From Podarcis erhardii (taxonomy: Eukaryota): 64,000 nucleotides of DNA. Shown here piece by piece: positions 40,677-53,450 of the stretch; the stretch's first letter is position 1, and each line of letters begins with the position of its first letter. Location: assembly GCA_964252035.1 (NCBI GenBank), contig OZ176209.1; one strand, written 5' to 3'. The notes below the pieces were generated by a model that made no database searches, was not told the origin of the DNA, and was given only the letters and a program-made list of their open reading frames with translations. A program made the translations under genes and the position numbers.

Positions 40677-40765
40677 ATGCAGTGGAAGACAGGAGTGCCT
40701 GGCGTGCTCTGGTCCATGGGGTCACAAAGAGTCGGACACGACTAAATGACTAAACAACAACAACA
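40677..40765 (+). mobile_element. BovB (RTE) 3' terminal fragment with (CAA)n tail and 11-bp TSD
   Basis: Encodes AVEDRSAWRALVHGVTKSRTRLND*, the BovB C-terminus as recalled. aatgtttccca at 40666-40676 and 40766-40776. Confidence 0.85.
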
Positions 40766-40968
40766 AATGTTTCCCAGCTTCTGTGGAAACCACCATTGCT
40801 ACTAAACGCCACCAAATATGCCAGTCTCATTGTATCCTGTAAACAACAGCAGTGGCAGAGGTGGGTTTCATTAATGCCTGTGAGGAGTGAAGTTGGTCAC
40901 AGGGAGTTGTATTCAACTAAGTCCTACTCAAAGGAGACACATTAATCCTAAATTAGTCATGTACTTAT

Positions 40969-41110
40969 GCTGGATAGCTCAGTTTGTGAGAGTGTGGTGC
41001 TGATAACGCCTAGGTCGCAGGTTCAATCCCCATAAGGGACAACTGCATATTCCTGCATTGCAGGGGGTTCAACAAGGTTCCCTTCCAACTCTACAATTCT
41101 GTGATTCTAT
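40969..41110 (+). mobile_element. tRNA-Ile-derived SINE with CR1-derived tail
   Basis: Head gctggatagctcagtttgtgagagtgtggtgctgataacgcctaggtcgcaggttcaatcccc resembles vertebrate tRNA-Ile. Tail cccttccaactctacaattctgtgattctat is a CR1 3' end. Confidence 0.8.
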
Positions 41111-43957
41111 GTCCATTAACTTTGATGGTTCTACTCTGAGTAGGACTAGCACTGAAATCATCTCAGTGGAAATTGAAGCTCACCTGTGAATAAATCCTAT
41201 CAAACTCAATAAAGTCCTATTGAACAGGTGGGGCTCTGTTGCTCTCCCAGCTTCCCACCACTGCAGGTCACTGCCACATACCAAAAGGAGGACAGCCAAG
41301 GCAAGGGGAGTTTGGGGTGAGCTCCTTGAGCCTCAACCCTCCCCCCTCCTCTTGGTAAGTGGCCTCCAAGGAGACATACATAGGATTGTTCTGCTAAGTG
41401 TGACTACCTTGCTATGGATTCAACCAAAAATGTTTTAAAATATACACTCATTATACCTAATTGATTTTCTCATCACGGAGGATTGCCTTTCAGTTATTTT
41501 ATCAGCCTCATAGATATTCTTTGAATTCTTTCTTTCCACTTATTTGTCCACATGCTTCTTGAACTGGGATAACCAGAGGTGAACACAGTTGCCCACAGTA
41601 TGCTTTCACATACAACTTTTGCGATAAGTAAGTTGCTGCGTCATGTAGACAGAAGATGCGTTGACATAATTGGAAAAATATGTACAAAACTAGACCGTAA
41701 AGTTACTCCAATCATGCTGATTTAATAGTAAGTCCTGCCAAGATCAATGAATTTAATTCCCTATAAGCATGTGGGTGTTATATGCATTTGAAATCTCTTC
41801 CCTGGTGTTGAGAAATGCATGCATAATTCTATAAGAATGTCTCATACAAAGAAGAGAAATTGGAAGTTGCTTGGTAAGAGATTAATGCTATGAAACTTAT
41901 GACAGCATATCTTTCTTAGGCAGAAAGCTGTCTGACATAAAAATGTACCAATCGTGTGGGCTTAGCCAGCTGCAATTGCTACTGCCTACATGATTTGTTC
42001 CACATTACACAGCAATATCAGCTCTGAATTAATCTAAGCTCCAAATGCCAGCAGATGAGCTTCAGCTCATAGGCAAAGCAGCCCAGAATACATTAAAGGA
42101 CTACAAACCATACCTGCTGACCTTATTATTAAAAGCCAAAAGCCATGTTTGCCCAAATTGGATTCCAGTAATCATATTTGACTAGCCAAATTGTTGAAAA
42201 GCTACACTGATTTTTGTCATACCTTTTCTTTCCTCAGAGAGGAACTGCTGGTGTTGCATCAAATCACTTAGGAGCCGGATGTGTGCCAATTCATCTCTAC
42301 ATGTACCACTAGCAAAGCATTATGGGACAAATGGTTTGTTTCCAGTGCTTAGAATGAACTAGTTCAGTTGAACTAGTAAAAATAATAATCTCTGAACTAC
42401 AACTGAAAGTGGGTCCCAAAACTGTTGGGTGAATTAAGTTCACTTTGAGGTAGAACTCTGAATGGCTGTAGTTCATCTTCATGTTTCATCATGTACACAC
42501 ACTCCATAGGAGACCTGGAGTCTTATTAAGCCAACTTCTATAAAGAAGGTGAGAAAGTAAAAGAGATAATGTTCTTTGGCTTGTTAAGCAGATATGGAGG
42601 TGCTGGTGTAACGAAGGATGATTAGTCACTTAATCACACAATCAGAAAGAAGGAATGTTAGATATTTCCTGTATCTTCCCTGCTAAAAACATTCAGTATC
42701 TTCCAAAAGGAGCAGTTTGCACTGAGAAATATAGGCACAGGAACGAAGTGAGTGGCACATTGTGCCTTGAACAGCTGTGTGGTTGGCACAAATGAAACAA
42801 AGAAAACATTTTCTATTATGGAAATACAAAGATGGTGAAAGCTTCATCTGCTTTCATTCTGTCTGTCTGTGGCCCATGATGTACTTTTGGACCATATACT
42901 TCAGCATAGCAGCTTGTATCGTGTGGATTGCTGTTTTTTGTTTACCAAGGATGAACTTTTTATGAACTTTTAATGAACTGTTAAACATGAACTGGATGAA
43001 CTTGAACGGAACTAGGTAGTTTTCTAAAGGGACAAACTGGAACTGGAACTGGAACTGGAACTAGTTCTTTTTTGGATGATCTTGAACTAGAAGCAGTTCC
43101 TTTTTAAAATGAAATTTCCAAGAACTGCTGGTTTAAGATTATTATCACATGTGACCCCACCCCAGATGTTTAAATGACTACTCCTAATGGCTTCATATAG
43201 ACACCTTAATCTCTTCTAGGAAACAGTATGAAAAGAGGATTGGGATTGCACTTTGAGAATCAGAATTTGATGGAATAGTGGGATGCAAATATAACAAATA
43301 AATAATACAAAGTTGCAATCACAACAAGTAATTTGATGCATATTATTTGTAAGAACAACAACAAAAGCTATATCCAGTATGGTTTCACTCATCCTGCAAT
43401 CCAGATCACTATGAAGAATGAAGGTCACCAGGTTGACAAAGCAGAAGAATGACAAAAGACTTTGATGCCTGGTGTTGAACAATGCAACTTCCTAAATTGC
43501 CTTGCTATTGTTGAGTGCTTTTATAAGCTTTACAGCAAAGAATGAGTTATAAGTGAGGTTTTGATTTGAGTATGTCTATGGATCGAAAATGGAAGCTATG
43601 AAATACTTACGCAACTGAGACAAGGGGAAAATTCTATTAGATGAGTCCTGGTCTGCACAAAACCTAGACGTCTGATGTAAGAAATGTGTTCTATTATTCT
43701 TTGGGGAAATAAATTATATCTCTATAACTATCTAATCTATCTGTCCATCTATCCCTGTCCTATACACACAATAAAGCACCTAAGTGTGAATGTCTCCCTT
43801 GCCTGGTGTTTTCAGCTATTTCATGCTGCAAAGATCTCTTAGGCTGCAACCATGATACCAGGGGTGCTCTGCACACAAAGAAACCCATTTCCAGGGTGCA
43901 TTTGAAGTTAATGGCCAAGTTGCTTTCCTTTCCTTTCTAGACTCCCATTTAACAGCA

Positions 43958-43985
43958 TTATGATGATGATGATGATGATGATGAT
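43958..43985. repeat. (GAT)n microsatellite
   Basis: Direct reading. Confidence 0.9.
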
Positions 43986-44859
43986 TGATTGCTCGCTTCA
44001 GCTTTTCTGCACAAAAAGCATGATTTCTGATTGGCTTGGTAGTAGCACAGTAATGGTCATTAACTTCCTTGCAGGACCACTGCCAAGGTGATAAATAGAT
44101 TTCGTTTGCATTAGCTTCTCGAGACCAAAAGCATCATTTGATCTCATTAATAGAATCTAATCAAATCCAAAGTTGCATCACCCTTAGAGCACAACAACCA
44201 ATTTTCATAGACTAACAACTGCTCGCTGCTTTTTTCTTTTATTTAGTTTTTAGAAAAATGCAAATTACATAAGGATAGCAGAAAAGTAATAAATATCAAT
44301 GAGATAGGATGTGAAGCTGTTCCCTCTTTCTTCCTGCATTTCTTTGGTGTTACGTAAAATTGATTTTATTTGTACAAAGGGAATTGAGTGCTTTATTTCA
44401 CAAATAATCCATTAAATTCTGCGTGTCTTACCACACGAAAAGAGAACACCAACATAATCTGATGGAAGGAAAACTCTGAACCTAAACCTCCCCTGCCTTG
44501 CAGAACATCTTCAGGAGAAAAAAAGGGCTAAGGAGTAAACCCTACACTAATTTGGAGTGGAGTCCGTAAGGTGGTCAGATGACTTCTTCTATGGCTCCTT
44601 CCAGCAATTCCTGCAGCACAGCTGGTGCCACATGCATTGCTTTCTTTTTCTTTGGATCACATTAGTAAGCCAGAGAGCAGAGTTGTGTCGTCTGGGCAGC
44701 CCAGAACGTCCACAAACATTGCTCTGGCTTGTGCCCTGCAGACATCACTTCGGTGCTGTTAACACAGCAAAAACAATGCAGAAGACAGCAGTTATGAGTT
44801 ATAAGCTCAACCTGATAGGCATAAGGTATGAGCACTAAGTGTTGTCTTTGGAAGAGATC

Positions 44860-45690
44860 ATAATGTCTCACTGGTCAGCTACCACCCACCTTAAGCTGGG
44901 CAGTGTCCAGTAAATCAAGTGTTGACCCGCCACTGTCCATCTGCTGCAATGGGTGCTTGGAGCTCAGAGTATCACTTGGCAAGTGGACCGAACAACAAAA
45001 GGAGAAACAAACCCTAGGAGGCTGGAACATCAGGACCATGTGTCCTGCCTTGTCTACTGTGGCAGGTCAATGACTCATGGATGATGGCCATCATAGACCA
45101 TGAGCTGAAAATGGTCAACATTTTCATTGCTGCTTTACAAGAGACTAGACTCATTTTGAATGGCAGCTTCCAAGAGAAGAACTACACATTTTTCTAGCAA
45201 GGAGGGCATCCGGAGAAACCACATATTCATAGTGTAGGCTTAACAGTGAGGAACTCTCTTCTGTCTGCAAGAGAACCGCCAACCGAAGGCTCAGAACGCT
45301 TGCGTTCCCTCCACCTTTCACCTGGTTAACAAATTGAGTGCCTACACTCCCAATATGTGCTCTGACATACAGACCAAGGACCAGTTCTACACACAACTAG
45401 ACCAGAATTTCAGGATGGTCCCAGCCTGCGGACACCTATTCCTGCTGGGAGATTTTAGTGACAGAGTTGGGGTGATCATCACACATGGGGCAACAGCATA
45501 AGTCACTTTCGTATTGGCAGCAGATAAAGGCTGCTTGATTTGTGCTCACATCATAGCCTCTGCATCACGAACACATTCTTCTCTATCAAGACAAAACAGC
45601 AAGTGCCCTGGGGACATCCAAGGTTAGGCAACTGGCACCAGCTGGACCCGATTGTCACCAGACAACTGGCACTGAACTGTGATCATGACT
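44860..45690 (+). mobile_element. RTE-clade LINE 5' portion (UTR plus decayed AP-endonuclease domain)
   Basis: Frameshifted motifs GGWNIRTM, IIDHELK, IAALQETRL, KDQFY, LFLLGDF, LCITNTFF, NWHQLD in APE order. Confidence 0.8.
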
Positions 45691-45934
45691 GCTGAACCTG
45701 ATCATGACTGCTAAAAAATGCATTTTTTGTGTTCCCATTCTATATTTCAAAGGAGAATGTGGCACCTGTTTCTATTATTATTGCACATCTATGATTTTTG
45801 CTATCCCACAAACTACTGTATAACAATATCTAGTACCTCCAAAAGATATTTGCTTGTCCTTCTTGAAATTATTTGAAATACAGCCATAACACTTTGTCAA
45901 GAGTAGTTCAGAACTGGTTGACACTAGAGATCTC

Positions 45935-45967
45935 TCTCGATCTCTCTCTCTCTCTCTCTCTCTCTCT
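45935..45967. repeat. (CT)n microsatellite
   Basis: Direct reading. Confidence 0.9.
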
Positions 45968-46294
45968 GGTAATGTAAGGTTAGTGGTTAATCTGCATTAC
46001 AACTGGTCACTGTGCATGTTCATCAAGCTTCATCACAAATGCACAGATAACCTGTCCAGATCAATATAAATACCCTCCATCAGGCCTTAAGAAATGTGCA
46101 TATATCACCTGAACCTTGTACATTCTCCAACCAATGAGCATAATCTCAAATGGCTCAGTAGCCGAAATAAAATTAATTTATAAAAATCCACTCTCTTAAC
46201 CAACATATAGAAACAAACTGCCAACAATGGGTCAAACCGAGTCAGTGGAAATGACAGTCTTTCAACTCTGCAATGCTAATTACACCTCTGACTA

Positions 46295-46517
46295 CAGTGG
46301 TACCTCGGGTTACATATGCTTCAGGTTACAGACTCCGCTAACCCAGAAATAGTACCTTGGGTTAAGAACTTTGCTTCAGGATGAGAACAGAAATTGTGCT
46401 CCAGCGGCGCAGCAGCAGGAGGCCCCATTAGCTAAAGTAGTGCTTCAAGTTAAGAACAGTTTCAGGTTAAGAATGCACCTTCAGAATGAATTAAGTACTT
46501 AACCCAAGGTAAAACTG
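46295..46517 (+). mobile_element. Tc1/mariner-superfamily MITE, copy A
   Basis: TA|CAGTGGTACCTCGGGTTA...taacccaaggtaaaactg, with a degenerate right TIR. Strand is relative to copy B. Confidence 0.85.
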
Positions 46518-49429
46518 TGCTTTGAAAGATGGCTAAGAATTTATGAATTATCTGGGGCACTATACACTAATGCCACTGTAAAACATTTAGATTTATCTAA
46601 CATGAACGTGGTTTATTAATTAATTACTGTAAGGGTAGATACAATATTAGTATTTATTGGTTTTCTGCAGTATGACTTAGCATGACTACAATCCTAATCA
46701 TTTCTCTTAGCTAACGAGACATTTGGAACTTCAGCTGAGTGTTGGATAGTGGGATACAAGAATATCAATAATGCTTATTCATGGATGAAATACTGTCATG
46801 GAAACGTAAAGTTTTGAGAATTACATTGTACTTTGTTTTGATTTATGATGCATGCAAATGTAGATATATTTACTAATCTTACTAATGGCAGGAAGAGAGA
46901 CAGAGAAAGGAGGTCAGAGAATGTTCCAGAAACTTGACTTTTTGAAGGGATTCAAAAATAAAACTAAAACCCCCAGTTCTGCCTAAACAGCCCATCACAG
47001 ATATATAGGGTCACTTGACAGTCAGTGCTAAAGCACAATTCGTGTTAAATAGCTCTTAGAGAACATACCATTTAACTTTTCACCAACACAAGTAGACACT
47101 ATTTCCTACTTCCGTAATTCAGCAAGTGAGTACCAATGGATTCAAGGGATAATTTCGGCATCACCAGTAGCTGAATCTGTCAGATTTTGTTCATAAGAGG
47201 AAATAGTTTCTTGTCCAGACTCATTTAGTATTGAAGGATAGGAACATAATGTTTGCTTCTGCACTCTGGGACAGTCTATCACAGCAACAAAATCTGACAA
47301 GGTCCATTTCCAGTGTTTTCCTTTAGCACCATCTGTTTCGTATTGGTGATCTCTATGGATTAGCTGCAAAGGCCATATAACTGCATTCAGGGGAATACTT
47401 TTGCCCCAAACTACATTGAAATAGCACATTCTAATGAAGAGGTAGCCAAATGTTTGTAGCAAACTACAAAAAACAAAAAACAAGCCAGCACCTCCCTTTG
47501 TTCACATCTGAATGTAATTGCTTGCTTCTTTGTGGGCAGTGTTGCTGTATTTTACTGATTTTTATTATATTTATATGCTAACTTAAACCTTGAAAAGGTG
47601 TAATAAAAATAATTAGCATTTAATACCCCCCAAATCCACAAGGTTTAACAAGTATGTGACAAGATGAGATACTGACAACTGCTTAATATGTATTGAAAAC
47701 AACAAGAACAACACCAATGTTCAGGGGAGAGAGAACACTAGACACCATCTATCTCTTGAGTCCTGTCAGATTATCATATTGCTATTTCTGCAAAGACCTT
47801 ATTTTTCCCACAGCATTACAAAGCAACCCTGGATCTTGCTTTGAGCAAAAAACATCAGACAGCAGTCGATGCACTTTTTAAAAAAGCTGTGAAGAATTAA
47901 TATTGGTTTGCAAACCTTCTTCCTTTTCCAGTGATCTCCCAAAAGATTCATAGTTGAATTTCACTAGTTTGTTAAATCTGTGCTAGTTATTGGCTAAATT
48001 AAAAAGATAGATAAAACAGTTGAGTACGTAAAGCCTGATCTTTAATAATCCCAGTATGGATTAATTTTACATTGTATACAGATCACTTATGAAGAGGTAA
48101 ACTGGGGGAAAAACATTTTAAATATATAAAATGCCTCTTCTATCTGCCACTGTTGACTTTTATAGTGTTCTTCAATGTACTGAGAAATCAATTTCTTTTC
48201 ACAGGAATCCTGTAAAGCAGGCTAGGCTAATAGAGAAATTTGTCCAATTAGATCCTTGGGTCAACTTCATAGGTGAGCAGGGACATGAAGCAATACTAAA
48301 ACTCACAAACAGCCAGATCCAGAAATCTTTGTCCACAATGAGCTGCATACACATGCATGAATTTTCTGATTCATATATATATATATATATATATATATGC
48401 AGTCATTTAGCAGAGATCTATATAAGGTACTTTGGGAATCTTTGGGTGGAAAAGAGACCAATACGTTCCAAGATAGAAATAAAGACATATCTGTGAACAG
48501 CACCACATGAGGCCTTTTGAAGTGATCAAAGGCATATATAAATGTTCTTTTAAAAGAGACAGGGTGTGGGGGGGAACCAAGATAAAATTGCTAGACTTTT
48601 TGTTTTGATGCCAAAGTCTCAGTTGCAAATCTCCAGTCAAATACCTTGTGCTTGTGCAATTTTATTTTGTATCAAGTATGTAAATTGTATACCTTATATT
48701 GCATTTGTATTTTGTAATATGTTCAGTATTTTATATTGTTGTCTATTGTATTTTTGTTTCGTAAGCAGCTCTGAATTTTATTTTATTTTTTAGAAAAGTG
48801 GGGTAAATCTAATATGAAAGTTCATTGTGAGGTTAAATGAGAGAGAAACTGTGTGAAGTAATCTGGGTAATTAAAAGTTCTACAGATATGGCAATACCCA
48901 TGTGCTTTACTGTAACATGATTGAATTAATTAAAATTACTTGTGATCAAGATCAAGCAAAACTGTATTGTTTGTATATGACACAAAGGACATTAGATTAA
49001 GGATGGTTTTGGAGCTGAACATTTGACATCATTTTTAAAAAAGAAAAACTTCAATTAACTATTCAAACTACCCACAAATTAAAACTATCCAAGGAGCTTC
49101 AAAATCTCACCAGCAGTTCCTCGCTGCCTTAAAATGTTTTTACTCACAAATTAAGAGGTATGGGACCACCATACAGGTCATATGGTTATTAAGCTATTAC
49201 TGCTTTACCATGCCTTCAGTGTTACTACTGACAGCTTTTTTAAAAAAAGTACTGTCAAGTATTTTCCCCATCATAATGAGAGAAACAGAAAATAGCATCA
49301 GCATTAAGGACATAAGGGTGACATCACAGATGAATATGCTACCATAGTGTGCATGTGTTAATGGTTTGGCTCATGTCTTCTGTTCATGTACAAATCTCAG
49401 TGCAATGATGATCCTGCAAAGACAAATTA

Positions 49430-49639
49430 CAGTGGTACCTTGGGTTAATTCGTTCTGGATGTCTATTCTTAACCTGAAATTGTTCTTAACCAGAAGCACC
49501 ACTTTAGCTAATAGGGCTTCCTGCTGCCGCTGTGCCACCGGCGTGCAATTTCTGTTCTCATCCTGAAGCAAAGTTGAGGTAATATTTCTGGGTTAGCGGA
49601 GTCTGTAACCTGAAGCGTATGTAACTCGAGGTACCACTG
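49430..49639 (-). mobile_element. Tc1/mariner-superfamily MITE, copy B (inverted relative to copy A)
   Basis: TA|CAGTGGTACCTTGGGTTA...TAACTCGAGGTACCACTG|TA. The interior is the reverse complement of 46295-46517. Confidence 0.88.
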
Positions 49640-50639
49640 TATTTATGACTACACTGAAGACCTTTTTTAAAAAAATAAATAAATAAGTAACACATGATCA
49701 TGTGGAAATGTCACTGGTGAAAAACAAAAACATCACTATTTTGTACTGATGCCACACCAGTACTTTAATAGATCCCCTCCTAGATGTCAATAGATATGTG
49801 CAAAGTTTGGATCTTGTTATTGTTTCATAACACAGTTGCCTTTAGTTTAAAGTAGGAGGCAAATGGCTCTGAATAATAAGTATCCTTCTTAAATAAATTA
49901 GCACTTATCTACGTTTCTGGAAGGACATTTATTTTCCAAGACAGTTTCTGCTAGCTTCAGATTTTATTGATTGCTATTTTCCCCTTATGTTCACTTTCTC
50001 TTGAAAGTTATGTTCGTCTCGTTTTTATTTCTTCATGCTTCATAAACTCCATTTTTCTGCTGCTCAGTCTATTTCTCCTGTGGTCAACATTCTGGGTTCT
50101 GAAGTGATTCAGAATTAATTGCTCATTACTGTTGATGCTACAGGTTTCAAAGAATTGTTGATTATCTCTAACAAAGTTTCTATTAGTGCATAAGAAACTG
50201 TGCAGCTGCTTCTTTAGTTAATGTCAGTGTGTTTGCCAGAAAAACTAATGTCCTGGGTTTTTTTGTTCCAAGAGTAATTATGCTTATGCCTACTAGTCTT
50301 ATCAGCTATTTAATTCTTTTAAAATTTAATTTAATTGAAATTTTACATCTGTTGATCACACAGGATTGGTAAATTTACTTTCATTTCTGCTGCTGGATTC
50401 AAAAATACTCATAAGAGAAGTCACTACTTAAGTCTTCAACACCTGCTTTCAAAATGAGCTGCTAGGCAAGGCTCATTGTATAGACCCTAGAGAAATGGGA
50501 GGAATACTATCAGAGTGTGCCTTCATGTATTCAGGACTGTAGAACTGGATTGTGAACCCTGGGGCCAAGAATCTCACCTTCTTTTATGGTCTTAGAGTGA
50601 ATTTGCCTGGTGGGTGGAGAAAAGAAGGGAAGTTTTACA

Positions 50640-50890
50640 CAGATGGATTCTGACAAAGCTGCAAACTCTTCAAATGGGGTTAATGAAATTCAAGGAGGAC
50701 TAATGTAGTGAAGTTTACTCAGTAAAAACAAAAACAAATGCTCCAGCAGAAGATGGATAAAAACTAGCTGAGCAATAGCCCTTCTGGGAAAAGATTAAGA
50801 TGTTATACTAGATAAGAAACCTGAGTCAATAATGTGATATGGCTTTAAAAGCTAATGCTATTTTAGGTTTTGTGTCAACAAGAGCATCAT
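50640..50890 (+). mobile_element. Decayed CR1 RT fragment
   Basis: aataatgtgatatggctttaaaagctaatgctattttagg resembles the QQCD.AAKKANAILG region at 9375-9450. Confidence 0.5.
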
Positions 50891-53039
50891 GGTGAACTCT
50901 CCAAACTTAAAGCACTGCTCTGCTCATCAGTACATTTCAAAAACCATCTTGATGAGTTGGAAACCTTCATGTTAATTAGCTGGAAATTCTGTGAACCGTT
51001 CTGATGAAGGGTGGTATATAAATCTAAATAAATACATAAATAAAATTCTTTATCAAAGATGATAAAGAATTTAGGAGGGGAACCCAGTGAAGACCAACTA
51101 AAAACAAACAAACTCTGAACATATGGAGCACTGATCTTCAGCTGCTGGGATGGATCCATGACTCAGTCATCACAACCTGTCCCAAGGTGGGTTGCAACAG
51201 CAGCACTATCACCAACCACCTGCATAAAACGAGGCAGCTATAACTCGACCCAATACTCCAGATGCAGGCTGACCAGTACAGCATAGAATAGAACATTAGC
51301 CTTGCTTAGGTGAAGACATAAAGTGTGTAGGGGGCATCGGGGTGTACATGCTGGAACTGCCTCCCAACATTCCTAGCCCCACCTGCTGCACCTCTGACCC
51401 TTCCTGCATTGAGGGGGCTTGAGAGTACTTAGAATATTCCCCACAACCAGGAGCCTGGATAATGCCAAGTTTCCAACTGTGGGGTAGCTTCTAAGCTTAT
51501 TCAGCATACATGCCCCCTTCAGACCTTCCCATGTAATTTGGGAAAGTCAGGGGTGGAACAGGACTGTTGAGGGCAGGTCCAGCACATGGACCCAAACAGG
51601 AATGCAGATGGTGGCAGCATGCACACATGGCCTTTGTCCTCTACACACTCTTTTCCTCATTGTGTTCTTTGAGTTCCTGAACAGGATTCATTACTTCTCA
51701 TGATCAGGGCAGTATGCCTCTCGTTAATGCAAATTAAGGTTGCTTTCACTTTTTCAGTAATTGGAGTAGGGGGCTTACTGGGAAAAGTGACAGCAACAGA
51801 GTCTTTCTCCGGTACAATTTCACTGTCACTGCAAGCAGCAACGCAGCTCCTTCCGTTGACACTGTGGACACCATTGCACTTCACAATAGTCCTTTTGAAA
51901 TGACATCACGACACAATGTGGCACTGTTCCAGGAGCATATGCTATGGTAGAATGGTGCTCAGGGGGCATTTCCCATCCACAGTGCCCCTGAAATAATGCA
52001 ATACGCTTTCCGCTGTTATTTGCAGTGGCAACAGAACCATCTGTAGGGAAGAAAGAAGGTGTTTCCCCACCCCCACTTTCCCCAGTAAAGCAGGCCACCA
52101 GAAAAGGACAATATTTTCTCCCCAAAGTCTGCATCGAGGCTTTGTCCCTCTCATCCATCCCCTGCCATCTGATATTTGCCAGCGAAGTTCAATATAATAC
52201 TTTTAGTTCAGTGTAATTCAAGGACTGCTGAAGGCTGCACCCCAGGACCTGCTTCTCCTGGGCCTTATTAGATACTCATGCACAGAAATGTATTTTTTTA
52301 AAAAAATCTGGGTAATGTTGGAAGGCATGCCTAAACCAGAAGAACCTTAGGCATAAAAGAACCCCAAAACAACCGGAGCAATGAATCGAAAGAGTGCCTG
52401 CACAGCGTGGGAGAAACAGTTGTTACATTACACTAGCAAACTGCTCATTTAACAGAGCTGTGATGGGTTGGAAGGTGGGGGGTTCACAAATGGCCATCAG
52501 GGAATATTGCCCTCTGCGTGAGACATAAAACCAATGTCCTGAAGAGCATGCGGTCATTAAAGAAGCCACAGAACCTTTTCGCCAGCAATGCCCAAGTGCC
52601 ATTAAAGTAAATGGAAAGACAGTGAATTGCTTTAGTGGGAGTTTGATTGGTCTTGGTTAGGGATCTGGCCAAGTTCCAGACAAAGCAATTGCATCGTTCC
52701 TACCTAAATTCTTCCTGCTGTTTCAAATGGAAACAATTAAGTCATAGGGGGGAAATATTGAATGTAACAACTTTCTGTCTCTTTGATACCAAAACGCGAT
52801 GGGAAAGATGTTGTCATTAATGAGGCATGGGGCCTGTTAGGATGAAATCTGGTTGTACCACTACAAAAATGGAAAGGAGGAAGTATGCCCTGATACAGAC
52901 AGATATGCACAAGGCTATTTTTCTGGAAGAAGAGGTGCCAGAACTCACCATGAAAACCTCCCTGGTTCTATTAGAATGGCAATGGCATCTACCTGAGAGG
53001 TGCCAGAACTGAGTTCTGGCTGAAAAAAAGCCCTGGATA

Positions 53040-53450
53040 TGCAACTAACCTATGTTACTGTCCCCGTAGGATGGCTAGCTATCAGGGAGAATGCTATGAA
53101 CTCGTGTCCTGATAGTGGGCTTTCCATAGTCATGTGGTTGGTCATTGTGAGAAGAGGATGTTGGAATAGATAATTCTTTAGTCTGATATAGCAGGGTTCT
53201 TCTACTGTTCTCATCTGTTATTTTTCCTTACTTTAAATAGATGGCAGCTCTATTAATTGCAAGATAGCTATATGTTACCTCCAGGTATCAGAGGCAATAT
53301 GAATACTAGTTGTTGGGAACATGAGTGGAAGAGTGCTTTTTCTCTTAGTGCCTGACTGGGCTTCCCACAGGCATCTTGCTGGTCACTGTGGAAACAGAAT
53401 ATTGAACCAGACAGGCCTTTGGTCTGATCCAGCTTGACTCTTCATAAGTG
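53040..53450 (+). mobile_element. Two tandem CR1-type 3' ends
   Basis: Both end in gtgagaagagga/gtggaaacagaa...tctgat(a/c)(t/c)agc...cttc, as at 17665-17945. Confidence 0.65.

Noticed and set aside
40969-41042. tRNA-Ile gene
   Set aside because: The acceptor stem and T-arm pair poorly, and the sequence runs straight into a CR1-derived tail. A second decayed copy sits at 61843, so it is a SINE head.
51786-51830. miRNA hairpin
   Set aside because: Only an 8-bp stem (AGTGACAG/CTGTCACT) with a largely unpaired interior, too short for a pre-miRNA.
51657-51884. 75-aa minus-strand ORF as the missing SYT1 first coding exon or a new gene
   Set aside because: No similarity to the SYT1 luminal domain, a GTG start and no recognisable domain.
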